DNA from: an uncultured bacterium
GTDB taxonomy: Bacteria > Desulfobacterota > DSM-4660 > Desulfatiglandales > JALVMZ01
DNA: 64,000 bases
Direction: 5' to 3'
Assembly: GCA_965613025.1 (NCBI GenBank)
Contig: CBFDUE010000001.1
Location: 80,591-144,590, forward strand
Positions 1 through 9,801 of this stretch are shown here, piece after piece. The notes under the pieces are model-generated. The model was not told the origin of the DNA, searched no databases, and saw nothing but the letters and a program-made list of their open reading frames with translations. Position 1 is the first letter of the stretch. Every line of letters begins with the position of its first letter. Position numbers and translations under genes: made by a program.

Positions 1-543
1 GGTTATTCTGCCTTGGGATCTTAATAGGGTCAGGGCATCTAAGGTGACCCCACAGTGGACAGTGATAAAATCCACCCCATCCTTTGCATGCCTTTCTATC
101 ACCTCAAATATCTTATCCTCACTCAGGTGTATCAACCCCCCCTTTTCATTTATGGTCTCAATCACTGCCTGATAGATGGGGACAGTTCCCAGTGGAACAG
201 GGCAATTTTCCAAGATCTTCCGCCTGATATAGTCCAGGTCACCTCCAGTGGATAGATCCATTACAGTATCAGCACCTGCATCCAGTGCGGCCTTTAACTT
301 TTTAAGCTCCTCATCCAGATCAATCCTGTCTGAAGAGGTGCCTATATTGGCATTTACCTTTACGCTCAATCCCTGTCCAATTCCACATGGGACCATATCA
401 GTGTGGTTCTTATTTGATGGAATTACCACCTTACCCTCTGATATCCTTTCCCTTAAAGATTCTAAGGATATACCCTCCTTTTCTGATATGATCTGCATCT
501 GAGGAGTTGTATCTCCAGATCTTGCAACCAAAAGCTGTGTCAT
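1..543 (-). CDS. thiC: Phosphomethylpyrimidine synthase ThiC, N-terminal 181 codons (the rest runs off the window start)
   Basis: Absent from the ORF track. My reverse-strand translation from ATG 543-541 reads MTQLLVARSGDTTPQMQIISEKEGISLESLRERISEGKVVIPSNKNH...KVNANIGTSS...GADTVMDLSTGGDLDYIRRKILENCPVPLGTVPIYQA, which matches conserved ThiC N-terminal motifs. A GGAG sits about 8 nt upstream and the frame stays open to nt 1. Confidence 0.85.
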   Translation of the reverse strand, partial: MTQLLVARSGDTTPQMQIISEKEGISLESLRERISEGKVVIPSNKNHTDMVPCGIGQGLSVKVNANIGTSSDRIDLDEELKKLKAALDAGADTVMDLSTGGDLDYIRRKILENCPVPLGTVPIYQAVIETINEKGGLIHLSEDKIFEVIERHAKDGVDFITVHCGVTLDALTLLRSQGRIT

Positions 544-570
544 GATCATCTATCTCCACTGTAGTTAATT

Positions 571-598
571 AAAAAACAGAGGGTCTTAGAAACCCTCT
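571..598 (-). terminator. Rho-independent terminator/attenuator-like hairpin between thiD and thiC
   Basis: The minus strand reads AGAGGGT-TTCTAAG-ACCCTCT-G-TTTTTT: a 7-bp stem, 7-nt loop and T6 run, lying between the thiD stop (648) and the thiC start (543). Confidence 0.5.
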
Positions 599-647
599 TA
601 AAAAATCTAATTATTTTAATATAGATTGTAAATAGTTTCTTTATCTT

Positions 648-1412
648 TTATGGAAGCACCACACTCCCATATCCCCTATGTATAGAGGATACTGTAAGAT
701 CCCCTGATAACTTTACCGCTTCCTCTTTTTTATAACCCATTGCAATATGGGTGGCAAGGGCAGTGGAAAATACACAGCCGGTTCCGTGTGTAGCAACTGA
801 AGCTATCTTTCCATGTTCAAATCTATGGATCTTTTCTCCATCAAAGAAGATATCCAAACAGAGATCTCCTCTGAGATGTCCGCCGGTTATTACCACATCA
901 GGCCCCATATCTTTGATAATTTTAGCTGCCATTTCCATATCTTCAACACCCTCTATCTTGGTCTCTGAAATGATCTCTGCCTCATAGATATTGGGAGTTA
1001 CAATAGATACCATTGATAAAAGCTCCTCCTTTATAATCTGTATTACCCCCTCTTCCATAAGGGATACACCTGTTGATGAGATTATCACAGGATCTAAGAC
1101 CACATTTTTAAGATTATATCTCCTCAAAATATTCTTAAGTGCCTTGGCATTTTCCACACTATAAATCATGCCTATCTTAACAGAATCCGGCCGAAATTCC
1201 TCTAAGACAGCCTCGATCTGAGTCTCTAAGACTCTGGCAGGTATCTTATAGATATCATATATAGCCTTAGAATTTTGGGAGGTGATGGCAGTAATTGCTG
1301 TTATTGGATAGGCACCCAAGCGGTGAGCCGTCTTAATATCGGCCTGCACCCCTGCCCCCCCACAGCTATCAGAACCTGCGATGATAAGTATCACCTTTAA
1401 CTGTTGACTCAT
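648..1412 (-). CDS. thiD: Hydroxymethylpyrimidine/phosphomethylpyrimidine kinase
   Basis: 254 aa. ThiD-type motifs IAGSDSCGGAGVQADIKT (N-terminal) and THGTGCVFSTALA (C-terminal). Located upstream of thiC on the same strand. Confidence 0.9.
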   Translation of the reverse strand: MSQQLKVILIIAGSDSCGGAGVQADIKTAHRLGAYPITAITAITSQNSKAIYDIYKIPARVLETQIEAVLEEFRPDSVKIGMIYSVENAKALKNILRRYNLKNVVLDPVIISSTGVSLMEEGVIQIIKEELLSMVSIVTPNIYEAEIISETKIEGVEDMEMAAKIIKDMGPDVVITGGHLRGDLCLDIFFDGEKIHRFEHGKIASVATHGTGCVFSTALATHIAMGYKKEEAVKLSGDLTVSSIHRGYGSVVLP

Positions 1413-1442
1413 AAATACTATTTCCTTTAAATAGATCCTATC

Positions 1443-3836
1443 ATGAAATTTACCTTTAAGCGATCCCTATTTTTAAATCCCTATACACTTATCCTGTTCT
1501 GCATAGCGATAATGGTAATTCTCTTTATCTATGGTATCCCCATATTTGAACTGATGGAACTCAAAAGTTATGATCTCCGCTTCCGCTCAAGAGGTATTAA
1601 GAGCCCATCTGGTTATGTCTTAATGGCGGTCATTGATGAAAAGAGTCTTGATAGAGAAGGCAGATGGCCATGGCCGAGGTCCAAGATTGCCCGTCTTGTT
1701 GATATCCTGAGCCGTGAAGGGGCCAGAGTGGTAGGATTTGATATAGGATTCTTTGAACCCGATGAAAACACTAATTTAAAATTTCTAAATTTTATGGAAA
1801 ATAAATTAAAAAAGTTAAATATTAATAATCCATCAATAGTGCAGTTTATTGAGGAACTTAAAGAGACATCTGACCACGATCTTATCCTTGCCCGTTCTAT
1901 AAAAGAGTCCAATTCAAAGGTGGTGCTGGGATATTTCTTTCATATGGACAGGAAATCGCTTCCATTTAAAGTAGGCAAAGAGGAGATAGAGGAGCAACTG
2001 GATAGGATCTCCCATTCCCGCTATCCTTTAGTAATATATGAAGATCCTGAAATGAAGATTAACCCCTTTTTCACCGCATTTATTCCAGAGGGCAATATCC
2101 CAAAGATAAATGATGCCGCACCTTCTTCTGGCTATTTTAATATGTTTCCAGATAGCGATGGCATAGTAAGAAAGATGCCTCTGGTGATTAGATGTGGAGA
2201 GGGCCTCTATATGCCCCTATCTTTGAGGTGCCTTTGGGAATTTGTGGATAGACCCCCCACTATTGTAAAGGTTGCCAGATATGGCATGGAGGGGATAAAG
2301 TTTGGACCCATATTCATACCCACAGATGAAAATGGGCAGATCCTGATTAACTACTTGGGTCCTCAAAAGACCTTCCCCCATATCTCCATAACAGATATCC
2401 TACATGGAAACTATCCTGAAGGGCTGTTTAGGGATAAGATTGTGCTTGTTGGTGCCACTGCAACCGGTATCTATGATCTTAGAAACACACCCCTTGATCC
2501 CGTATTTCCTGGTCTTGAAATCCATGCAACCATTGTGGATAACATCCTGACCGGAAATCTACTAAATAAGCCCCGATGGACGTTCATATATGATCTACTG
2601 GCAATAGTGATATTAGGGCTTATCACGGGTTTAATAGTCTCTAAGGTAAGCCCTGTTAAGGGGATATTCTTTTCCTTCATCCTCTTTTTAATACATATAT
2701 TGGTTGCCAGATATCTGTTTGTTAAATATGGCCTGTGGGTAAATATGGTCTATCCCTTGCTTACCATTGTGCTCATATTTATTACCCTATCCATCTATCA
2801 TTATCTGGTAGAAGAGCGTAGCAAAAAGTTTCTAAGGGCCACCTTTTCTACATATCTTGCTCCTGAAGTGATTGAAGAGATGATAAAAAAGGAAAGCATG
2901 CCAGAGTTGGGAGGAGAAGCCAGGATAATTACCGCCTATTTTACTGATATAGAAAGCTTTTCCACATTTTCTGAACAACTAACTGCCCATCATCTTGTAG
3001 AGCTCTTAAATGAATATCTTACCAAGATGACTGATATACTGATTTCAGAGGGAGGCACACTGGATAAATATGAAGGTGATGCCATAGTTGCTTTCTTAGG
3101 AGCTCCAATGGAGCTCCCTGACCATCCCCTGAGGGCATGCAAAGTGGCACTTAAGATGCAAGAGGCCTTAGGAGAGCTCAGGGAAAAATGGAAAAAGGAA
3201 AAGATCCTGCCCGGAGAACCGATCAGAAATGTAAAATCCCTTCCTCCAGATATCTGGGCACCTGAAGATAGATGGCCTAAGATCGTGCACAGTATGAGGA
3301 TGAGGATTGGGATAAATACCGGAGAGATTGTGGTTGGCAATATGGGTAGCACCCTCAGGATGAACTACACCATGATGGGGGATGCGGTGAATCTGGCCGC
3401 TCGCCTTGAGGCAGCAGGAAAGCAGTATGGGATATATACGTGTGTAAGTGAATTTACCCTGCTTTCTGAAATCCCTACAGATGGGGCAGTTAAAAAGGTG
3501 ATAGATGAGTTTGAGGTGAGATTTATTGACCGAATAACAGTTGTGGGAAAGACTGAACCTGTTCGGATCTATGAACTTATATCAAAGAGAGGAGAACTTA
3601 CTGAGAGTGAAAAGAGATTATTGGAGCTATTCTCTGAGGCCCAACGTCATTATCTCAACATGGACTGGGATAGGGCATTGGAATACTTTTATCAATCAAA
3701 GGAATATGAGAGATTTAAAGATGCAAAGACCACCCCATCCGATGTCTTTATAGAAAGATGTATGCAATTTAAAGAGGAACCGCCTGTACTTCCAGGAGAG
3801 AGATGGGATGGGGTATATAGGCTTACAAAAAAATAG
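1443..3836 (+). CDS. CHASE2-sensor membrane adenylate/guanylate cyclase (class III)
   Basis: 797 aa. N-terminal TM helix, a large extracytoplasmic region, then a TM bundle (about res 380-460). C-terminal cyclase motifs are ITAYFTDIESFSTFSE, KYEGDAIVAFLGAP, RIGINTGEIVVGNMGS and MGDAVNLAARLE. Confidence 0.85.
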   Translation: MKFTFKRSLFLNPYTLILFCIAIMVILFIYGIPIFELMELKSYDLRFRSRGIKSPSGYVLMAVIDEKSLDREGRWPWPRSKIARLVDILSREGARVVGFDIGFFEPDENTNLKFLNFMENKLKKLNINNPSIVQFIEELKETSDHDLILARSIKESNSKVVLGYFFHMDRKSLPFKVGKEEIEEQLDRISHSRYPLVIYEDPEMKINPFFTAFIPEGNIPKINDAAPSSGYFNMFPDSDGIVRKMPLVIRCGEGLYMPLSLRCLWEFVDRPPTIVKVARYGMEGIKFGPIFIPTDENGQILINYLGPQKTFPHISITDILHGNYPEGLFRDKIVLVGATATGIYDLRNTPLDPVFPGLEIHATIVDNILTGNLLNKPRWTFIYDLLAIVILGLITGLIVSKVSPVKGIFFSFILFLIHILVARYLFVKYGLWVNMVYPLLTIVLIFITLSIYHYLVEERSKKFLRATFSTYLAPEVIEEMIKKESMPELGGEARIITAYFTDIESFSTFSEQLTAHHLVELLNEYLTKMTDILISEGGTLDKYEGDAIVAFLGAPMELPDHPLRACKVALKMQEALGELREKWKKEKILPGEPIRNVKSLPPDIWAPEDRWPKIVHSMRMRIGINTGEIVVGNMGSTLRMNYTMMGDAVNLAARLEAAGKQYGIYTCVSEFTLLSEIPTDGAVKKVIDEFEVRFIDRITVVGKTEPVRIYELISKRGELTESEKRLLELFSEAQRHYLNMDWDRALEYFYQSKEYERFKDAKTTPSDVFIERCMQFKEEPPVLPGERWDGVYRLTKK

Positions 3837-3837
3837 G

Positions 3838-5721
3838 CTATCTTACCTTTGAACCAGGGCTTACCTCTCTATCTGGTGAAAGAAGACATATTCCTTCTCT
3901 ATCTTCAGCTGCAAGGATCATCCCTTCTGATTTTACACCCATAATCTCTGCCTCTTGCAGGTTATACACTACCACCACCTGTCTTCCTAAGAGCTCAGAT
4001 GGACTATAGTGCCTTGCAAGCCCTGCTACCATCGTCCTTACCTCACCCACATCCACCTTCAACTTTAAAAGCCTATTTGAGCCTTCAATATTGTCTGCCT
4101 CTATGATCTTACCAATTCTAAGGTCAATCTTTGAAAATTCCTTTATACCGATCTTCTTCAACCCCTCAGCCTTTTTGACCTTGTCTTTTTTAAATCTTAC
4201 CCTTTCAAAGAGATGCAATGGCTCTGACAGCACCGGATTCCTTTCCATATCTTTCCACCTCTTCAACATCTCCAAACGCAAGTGTTTCCCTTTAGCCACT
4301 ATCCCCACTGCCTCCTGCATCCTTTCAGCACTCATGGGCATAAAGGGCCATATCAGCCCTGAAATCACCCTGAGACCACCGATTAGAAAATACATAACGG
4401 TATTTAGTCTTGGATCATCTTCTTTAAATAGATTCCAAGGTGCCTCCTCATCTATATATTTGTTTAAAGAGCCTATGAGCTTCCATATGGAAATTAAGGC
4501 CCTATGAAAGATAAACTCCTTCATATCTCTTTCATATTCTGAAATTAAAGACTCCATCTGTTCATTCAATTCCCTTTCCTTGGCGGTTATCTCAGAAGGG
4601 GCCTTGGGGTCTTTTCCACTTAGATATTTATGTGCCATCGTGAGCACCCTACTTAAAAGATTTCCCAGATCATTTGCCAGATCCGCATTCAATCTTTCAA
4701 CCAGTGCCTTTTCGCTGAATTCCGAGTCCCTTCCAAAGACCATCTCCCGCATCAGGAAATATCTAAAAGGGTCAATTCCATAGATACTTATAAGATCAAG
4801 GGGGCGAACCACATTTCCAAGGCTCTTTGACATCTTTCCTTCCTGCACATTCCAGTATCCATGCACATGGAGCTGTTTATAGATGGGAATATCTGCTGCC
4901 TTAAGCATGCAGGGCCAGTATATGGCATGGGGCTTTAATATATCCTTTGCAATGAGGTGGTGGGAATGGGGCCAAAACTCTCTAAACAGCTCCCCATCAG
5001 GATATCCCAATGCAGATATATAATTTATCAAGGCATCAAACCATACATAGGTAACATAATCTTCATCAAAAGGAAGGGGTATTCCCCAGGATAGCCTCTT
5101 CTTTGGTCTTGAGATGCAAAGATCCTCCAAGGGCTCCTTTAAAAAGGAAAGTACCTCATTTCTGTATCTTTCAGGAGTGATAAATTCGGGATTCTTCTCA
5201 ATATGATCCACAAGCCAGTCCTGATATCTGCTCATCTTAAAGAAATAGTTTGATTCATGCACAAGCTCTGGCCTCTCCTTATGATCCGGGCATTTCCCAT
5301 CCACAAGCTCCCGCTCCGTATAGAATCTTTCACATCCAAAACAATATAGTCCCTCATATTCGCTAAAATATATATCCCCCTTATCATATACGTGCTTAAG
5401 TATCATCTTTACCGTCTCTTTATGCTTTGGGTATGTGGTTCTGATAAAATGGTCATACTCGATATACAGCTTTGGCCACAGCTCTTTAAAAAGACCGCTC
5501 ATTTTCTCCACATATTCTTCAACATCATATCCCCTCTCCATAGCGGCCTTTACCATCTTCTGACCATGCTCATCTGTGCCTGTAAGCATAAAGGTCTTAT
5601 ATCCTGAAAGTATATAAAATCTCTTAATCACATCTGCCACAATAGTGGTATAGGCATGCCCCAAGTGAGGCTCTGCATTTACGTAATATATGGGCGTGGT
5701 AATATAAAATACTCTATCCAT
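3838..5721 (-). CDS. metG: Methionyl-tRNA synthetase with C-terminal tRNA-binding (Trbp111/EMAP-like) domain
   Basis: 627 aa. HIGH motif (PHLGHAYT), KMSKS motif and Cys knuckles (CFGCERF...CPDH). The C-terminal IDLRIGKIIEA...GVKSEGMILAA matches a tRNA-binding domain. Confidence 0.95.
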   Translation of the reverse strand: MDRVFYITTPIYYVNAEPHLGHAYTTIVADVIKRFYILSGYKTFMLTGTDEHGQKMVKAAMERGYDVEEYVEKMSGLFKELWPKLYIEYDHFIRTTYPKHKETVKMILKHVYDKGDIYFSEYEGLYCFGCERFYTERELVDGKCPDHKERPELVHESNYFFKMSRYQDWLVDHIEKNPEFITPERYRNEVLSFLKEPLEDLCISRPKKRLSWGIPLPFDEDYVTYVWFDALINYISALGYPDGELFREFWPHSHHLIAKDILKPHAIYWPCMLKAADIPIYKQLHVHGYWNVQEGKMSKSLGNVVRPLDLISIYGIDPFRYFLMREMVFGRDSEFSEKALVERLNADLANDLGNLLSRVLTMAHKYLSGKDPKAPSEITAKERELNEQMESLISEYERDMKEFIFHRALISIWKLIGSLNKYIDEEAPWNLFKEDDPRLNTVMYFLIGGLRVISGLIWPFMPMSAERMQEAVGIVAKGKHLRLEMLKRWKDMERNPVLSEPLHLFERVRFKKDKVKKAEGLKKIGIKEFSKIDLRIGKIIEADNIEGSNRLLKLKVDVGEVRTMVAGLARHYSPSELLGRQVVVVYNLQEAEIMGVKSEGMILAAEDREGICLLSPDREVSPGSKVR

Positions 5722-5723
5722 AA

Positions 5724-6545
5724 TTAGCCCCCGCTCCTTTCATTTTCTTCCTCTATTATCTCATTCCAAGGGATCTCCTTTTCCCTTCCAGAATCCAAGG
5801 ATACGGTAATAGTCTCCCTAAATATATTATGCCTTATCACCTTGGCCTGTCCATATATGGTATTAATCTTTTCTCCAAGCTTAGGAAGATCTCTCTTTTT
5901 GATCTCATAATATTCGTTTTCAAATGTAAGACAACACATAAGTCTTCCACACACTCCAGAGATCTTAGTAGGATTTAGGGGGAGATTCTGTTCCTTTGCC
6001 ATCTTGATGGATACGGGTTCAAACTGTTTAAGGAACGCCTTACAACATACCTCTCTACCACAGGTTCCAATGCCTCCTACTATCTTTGCCTTATTTCTTA
6101 CTCCAATCTGTCTCATCTCTATTCTGCATCTGAAGTGGTGAGCCAGCTCTCTGACCAATTCCCTGAAATCCACCCTTGTCTCTGAAGTAAAATATATCAT
6201 GAGTTTGTCTTCATCAATTAAGGCCTCCACATCCACTAAGTTCATTGGAAGACCCTTCTCTTCCACCTTAATGGCACAGAGTCTCCTTGCCTCCCTCTCG
6301 ATCCTGGGCTTCTGCCTCAGCCTCTTTTTCTCCTCCTCATTTAAAGGACGGCAAGACCTCTGCCTCTTTACTTCATCAAGAGATGCCCTCTTTACATGGG
6401 AAATTATATGGGCAGGTCTCTTAATCCCATCGCCTGAATCAAAGAGTACCACATCACCTTCCTTGATTTTGGCATCTTCAGGGATAATTTTTACTGACCA
6501 TACAATCTTTCTGTCTTCAGTGATAATATCTACCACTCTTTCCAT
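5724..6545 (-). CDS. PSP1-domain protein (RicT/YaaT-like)
   Basis: 273 aa. Cys-rich PSP1 core GTCGREVCCKAF...GVCGRLMCCLTFE. Occupies the conserved position directly downstream of holB (2-nt gap). Confidence 0.8.
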   Translation of the reverse strand: MERVVDIITEDRKIVWSVKIIPEDAKIKEGDVVLFDSGDGIKRPAHIISHVKRASLDEVKRQRSCRPLNEEEKKRLRQKPRIEREARRLCAIKVEEKGLPMNLVDVEALIDEDKLMIYFTSETRVDFRELVRELAHHFRCRIEMRQIGVRNKAKIVGGIGTCGREVCCKAFLKQFEPVSIKMAKEQNLPLNPTKISGVCGRLMCCLTFENEYYEIKKRDLPKLGEKINTIYGQAKVIRHNIFRETITVSLDSGREKEIPWNEIIEEENERSGG

Positions 6546-6547
6546 GG

Positions 6548-7543
6548 CTATATCTTTCCTATCAATTCCCTTATTCCAAAGATAGCTCTTTCCATTGATA
6601 TCTCCATATTCCTACGCTGATCCATATCCCTTTGAAACTGATCAAGCAATCTTATCATAGAAATAATATCATCCACTGAAACGGTATCTGAAAACCTGTT
6701 AAGGGTATGAAAAAGATCGGAATTTATCAACATATTATCTTCACATCCAAGCCTATATAACATCATATCCCTCAGAAAACATCTCCATATTGTGATCATA
6801 TCATTTAATTCCAGATCATCCCCTTTCCTGCTCTTCTTAGAAAGATCTTCTATCAACCTGAATATCTCCCTAAGAGAGCATTCTTTTAGATCAAACAATA
6901 TCCTTAAAAACCTCTCCCTCTTCTTAGAGATTCCTCTTTCTATAAGATCAAGGGCATCTCTTATACTCCCCTGAGAAATGCGAGAAATAAAGGTTGCATC
7001 AGATTCTGATACTCCTTTCCCTATCAGATAACTCTTAATTGAATCTTCGGATATATCACTCAGATATACACACTGTGCTCTGGAAACAATAGTTGGAAGC
7101 AACATCTCCTTTTGCTGACATATAAGTATAAATAGGTTGTATGGGGAAGGTTCTTCTAAGGTCTTTAAGAATGCATTGGATGCCTCTTCTGTAAGGGACT
7201 CTGCCTCTTCCACTATCACTGTGCGAAATCTCCCCTCTAAAGGTGGATATGATAGAGTGGATGAAAGCTCCCTTATCTGTTGAATCCTAAGACTCTTTTC
7301 CACAGGTCCCATATGTATCACATCAGGGAAAACCCCCTCTTCTATCTTCATGCAGTTAGAACACCTACCACACACATCTCCCATGCCTTCCTTACAATTT
7401 AGCGCCTTTGAAAACCACAAGGCCACTTCCTTTCTTCCCACACCTCTCTTTCCCACAAAGAGATAGAAATGGGATAACCTCCCTTTTTTCATAGCAGCCT
7501 TTAAAAATCCAAGGGCCTTTTTCTGAAATGCCGTAAATTCCAT
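6548..7543 (-). CDS. holB: DNA polymerase III delta-prime subunit
   Basis: 331 aa. AAA+ clamp-loader features: LFVGKRGVGRK, zinc module CGRCSNCMKIEEG and TIVSRAQ (SRC-like). Confidence 0.85.
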   Translation of the reverse strand: MEFTAFQKKALGFLKAAMKKGRLSHFYLFVGKRGVGRKEVALWFSKALNCKEGMGDVCGRCSNCMKIEEGVFPDVIHMGPVEKSLRIQQIRELSSTLSYPPLEGRFRTVIVEEAESLTEEASNAFLKTLEEPSPYNLFILICQQKEMLLPTIVSRAQCVYLSDISEDSIKSYLIGKGVSESDATFISRISQGSIRDALDLIERGISKKRERFLRILFDLKECSLREIFRLIEDLSKKSRKGDDLELNDMITIWRCFLRDMMLYRLGCEDNMLINSDLFHTLNRFSDTVSVDDIISMIRLLDQFQRDMDQRRNMEISMERAIFGIRELIGKI

Positions 7544-7563
7544 ATCTGTCTTTTTTATCCCTA

Positions 7564-7718
7564 TTGAGACCTTTGCATGACCCCTTTTTACACTGGGGGT
7601 TAAACCCCCCTCCAGGTCGGATGACCCTCTGGGTCGGAGACCAGACCCCCAAAAATTAACTTAAAATAACCCATAATTACAGCTTTTTTATGAGAGCTTT
7701 GAAAAATTCAAAGCTCTC
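7564..7718 (-). mobile_element. MITE-like modular repeat, copy 1 (modules A-B-C(2 units)-D)
   Basis: 27-nt palindrome GAGAGCTTTGAAAAATTCAAAGCTCTC at 7692-7718. The other end is TTGAGACCTTTGCATGACCCC. It fills almost the whole HD-GYP/holB spacer and abuts the HD-GYP stop codon. No clear flanking direct repeat. Confidence 0.7.
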
Positions 7719-9343
7719 TAATCAAGAAGATCTGAAAAATCCTCTCTATCTATCTGAGATTCAGAAAGATATCTCTTGGCATAGTCTAAGTAAATCTTTT
7801 CCTTTAAAAATAGGTCAAATAGATCTCTATCAATGTAATTATCCTGTACCATATTGTGAAGTATCTTTAAAGAGGTAGATAACTTCATTGCCTCCTTATA
7901 AGGTCTGTCCTTGGCAGAGAGAGCCTCAAATACATCTGCAAGGGCAATAATTCGGGATTGAAGGGGAAGTTGGTCTGCCTTAAGTCCATTGGGATAGCCA
8001 GAGCCATCTAACCTTTCATGATGGGTTGAGGCATAAAATGGCACGCCCTTTATCTTTTTAGGAAAAGGCAACTGAGATAGCATCTTATAGGTTACAACCA
8101 CATGATTATTTATTATCTCCCTCTCTTTATCTGTAAGCGTTCCCCTTCTCACTGAAAGCCTTTCCAATTCTTCATCGCTTATAAGGGGCTGTATATTGCC
8201 CCCGATCTCTATCTTCCGCTTTGCAATATCTCTCAGCCTATTTAGCTCCTCATCCTTTAAGAAATCTCTACCCCTATTGACTTTCTTAAGAAACTCAAAT
8301 TCCTCATCCATCTCCCCCTCTATCCTTCTAAGCTCCTCTTCATCTTTGGGATCGGATGAAGATCTGAATCCCATCTCATATTGTCTCTTTACTAACTCAT
8401 ATCTGAGCTTTAGTAACTCTATCTTATCCCAGATTCCTTCAAGCTTTGTCCTTTTGTCCACCACATACTCAGGGGTTACAATCTTTCCCACATCATGAAG
8501 CCATGCACTCAGATACAACTCTTTTAGCTGATCTTCACTAAACTCTACCTCTTTAAAGGGCCCCTCTTTTGCCTCATTTATCTTTTCTGCAATCATCTGT
8601 GTAAGTGCTGAAACCCTGCCTATATGGCCGGCAGTATAAGGGGATTTTTCATCAATTGCTGAAGCAATGGTCTTAATGAAGGCATAGAATAGATCTTCCA
8701 GCTCTTTTATGAGCTGTCTGTTGGTTAGGGCAACTGCAGCCTGGGAGGCAAGGGCCTGCCCCATCCTTTCAGATTCATCTGAAAATGGGATCACTTCACC
8801 AGTATCTGGATCCATTGCATTTATTAGCTGTATGACCCCTATAATATCATCTTCATGATTCCTGAGGGGGATGACTAACATGGATTTAGACCTATAACCT
8901 GTCTTCTTATCAAATTCCTTAGTCCCTCTAAAATCAAACTGCTCTGTATTATAGACATCTTCAATATTTACACTCTCACCCTTTATGGCAACATATGCAC
9001 TCACATTGGAAAAATTAGGACTTCCGTCAGCATGCCTTAGTTTCACAGGCTCCCATGTAATCTTTCCACTCTTTCCCCCCATCCTCACATTAAGGGTGTC
9101 ATTCTGAACAATACTGAAATTTAATACCATATTCTCTTCATCCAAAAGATATAGGGTGCCTCCATCTGAATTGGTCATATTTCTGGCCTCTTGGACTATC
9201 ATCTCAAGCAGTCTGTCTATATCCTTTTCCTTAGATAGGGCAAGACAGATATCTGAAAATGCAGATACCCTTTGAACAAGATTATCTACATAGTCTCTTA
9301 GATATTCCGGTATCCCCTCCTTACCTTGACTCTCTAATCCCAT
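7718..9343 (-). CDS. GAF-domain HD-GYP phosphohydrolase (putative c-di-GMP phosphodiesterase)
   Basis: 541 aa. N-terminal GAF-like region. HD-GYP motifs: WLHDVGKIVTP and HHERLDGSGYPNGL. Confidence 0.85.
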   Translation of the reverse strand: MGLESQGKEGIPEYLRDYVDNLVQRVSAFSDICLALSKEKDIDRLLEMIVQEARNMTNSDGGTLYLLDEENMVLNFSIVQNDTLNVRMGGKSGKITWEPVKLRHADGSPNFSNVSAYVAIKGESVNIEDVYNTEQFDFRGTKEFDKKTGYRSKSMLVIPLRNHEDDIIGVIQLINAMDPDTGEVIPFSDESERMGQALASQAAVALTNRQLIKELEDLFYAFIKTIASAIDEKSPYTAGHIGRVSALTQMIAEKINEAKEGPFKEVEFSEDQLKELYLSAWLHDVGKIVTPEYVVDKRTKLEGIWDKIELLKLRYELVKRQYEMGFRSSSDPKDEEELRRIEGEMDEEFEFLKKVNRGRDFLKDEELNRLRDIAKRKIEIGGNIQPLISDEELERLSVRRGTLTDKEREIINNHVVVTYKMLSQLPFPKKIKGVPFYASTHHERLDGSGYPNGLKADQLPLQSRIIALADVFEALSAKDRPYKEAMKLSTSLKILHNMVQDNYIDRDLFDLFLKEKIYLDYAKRYLSESQIDREDFSDLLD

Positions 9344-9351
9344 ATTCTCCT

Positions 9352-9657
9352 CTACGTCTCTTTTAAATCTTCATCCTCTTCTCTGTTAAATCTCTTAAGC
9401 TCCCTCTTAAGCCTCTCAATCTCCTTCTTAAGCCATGGTATCACCTCATCTCTCATCTTCTTATCCATCTTCTGCTCCATCTCTTTAAGCTCTTTAAGCA
9501 GATCTTGGAGCTCTTCTTTAAGATCTCTAAATTGATCCTCAAATCTTATACTCTTTGGAAAAGAAGATATATCTTTGGAATAACAATTGCTTATGTTAAA
9601 GGAGACAAAAAGTGATATTAAAATTAAATAGATTAAAAATCTCTTAATTTTACACAT
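9352..9657 (-). CDS. Small secreted coiled-coil protein, unknown function
   Basis: The track ORF starts at GTG 9663; I prefer ATG 9657 (MCKIKRFLIYLILISLFVSFNISNCYS signal peptide). The rest is K/E-rich heptad-like sequence. The stop lies 8 nt before the HD-GYP start. Confidence 0.5.
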   Translation of the reverse strand: MCKIKRFLIYLILISLFVSFNISNCYSKDISSFPKSIRFEDQFRDLKEELQDLLKELKEMEQKMDKKMRDEVIPWLKKEIERLKRELKRFNREEDEDLKET

Positions 9658-9682
9658 ATTCACATTAACTTATAAATCTTTT

Positions 9683-9801
9683 GAGACCTTTGCATAACCC
9701 CTTTACGCTGGGGGTTACACCCCCAGACCCCCCAAAAATTAACTTAAAATAACCCATAATTACAGCTTTTTTATGAGAGCTTTGAAAAATTCAAAGCTCT
9801 C
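9683..9801 (-). mobile_element. MITE-like modular repeat, copy 2 (A-B-D, no C units)
   Basis: Palindrome at 9775-9801. Flush 11-nt direct repeats ATAAATCTTTT flank it at 9672-9682 and 9802-9812 (candidate target-site duplication). Confidence 0.8.

Noticed and set aside
55-502. Plus-strand track ORFs 55-255 and 248-502.
   Set aside because: They lie antisense to a clean ThiC reading frame (1-543, minus) with strong conserved motifs. They have no motifs of their own.
544-647. TPP riboswitch in front of thiC (and thiD).
   Set aside because: The 104-nt spacer contains only a short hairpin and T-run. I could not find the conserved CUGAGA or ACCUGAUCUGGAUAAUGCCAGCG-like elements. Only 30 nt lie upstream of thiD. 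A covariance-model scan would be decisive.
7392-7652. Track ORFs that translate the repeat: 7392-7652(-), 7690-7878(+), 12203-12478(-), 15609-15797(+), and the first 37 codons of 12300-13727.
   Set aside because: Their 'conserved' peptides (MGVWSPTQRVIRPGGG..., RALNFSKLS, LLRFARNDR) are just the repeat read in frame. The ORFs start at non-ATG codons, overlap real genes (holB, ffh) and lack SD sequences.
7692-7718. The 27-nt palindrome of the repeat as a rho-independent terminator.
   Set aside because: In the transcribed orientation the 12-bp hairpin is followed by AUAAAAAAGC, not a U-run; the T-run precedes it. The elements also sit inside apparently polycistronic units, so a stability or processing role is more plausible than termination.
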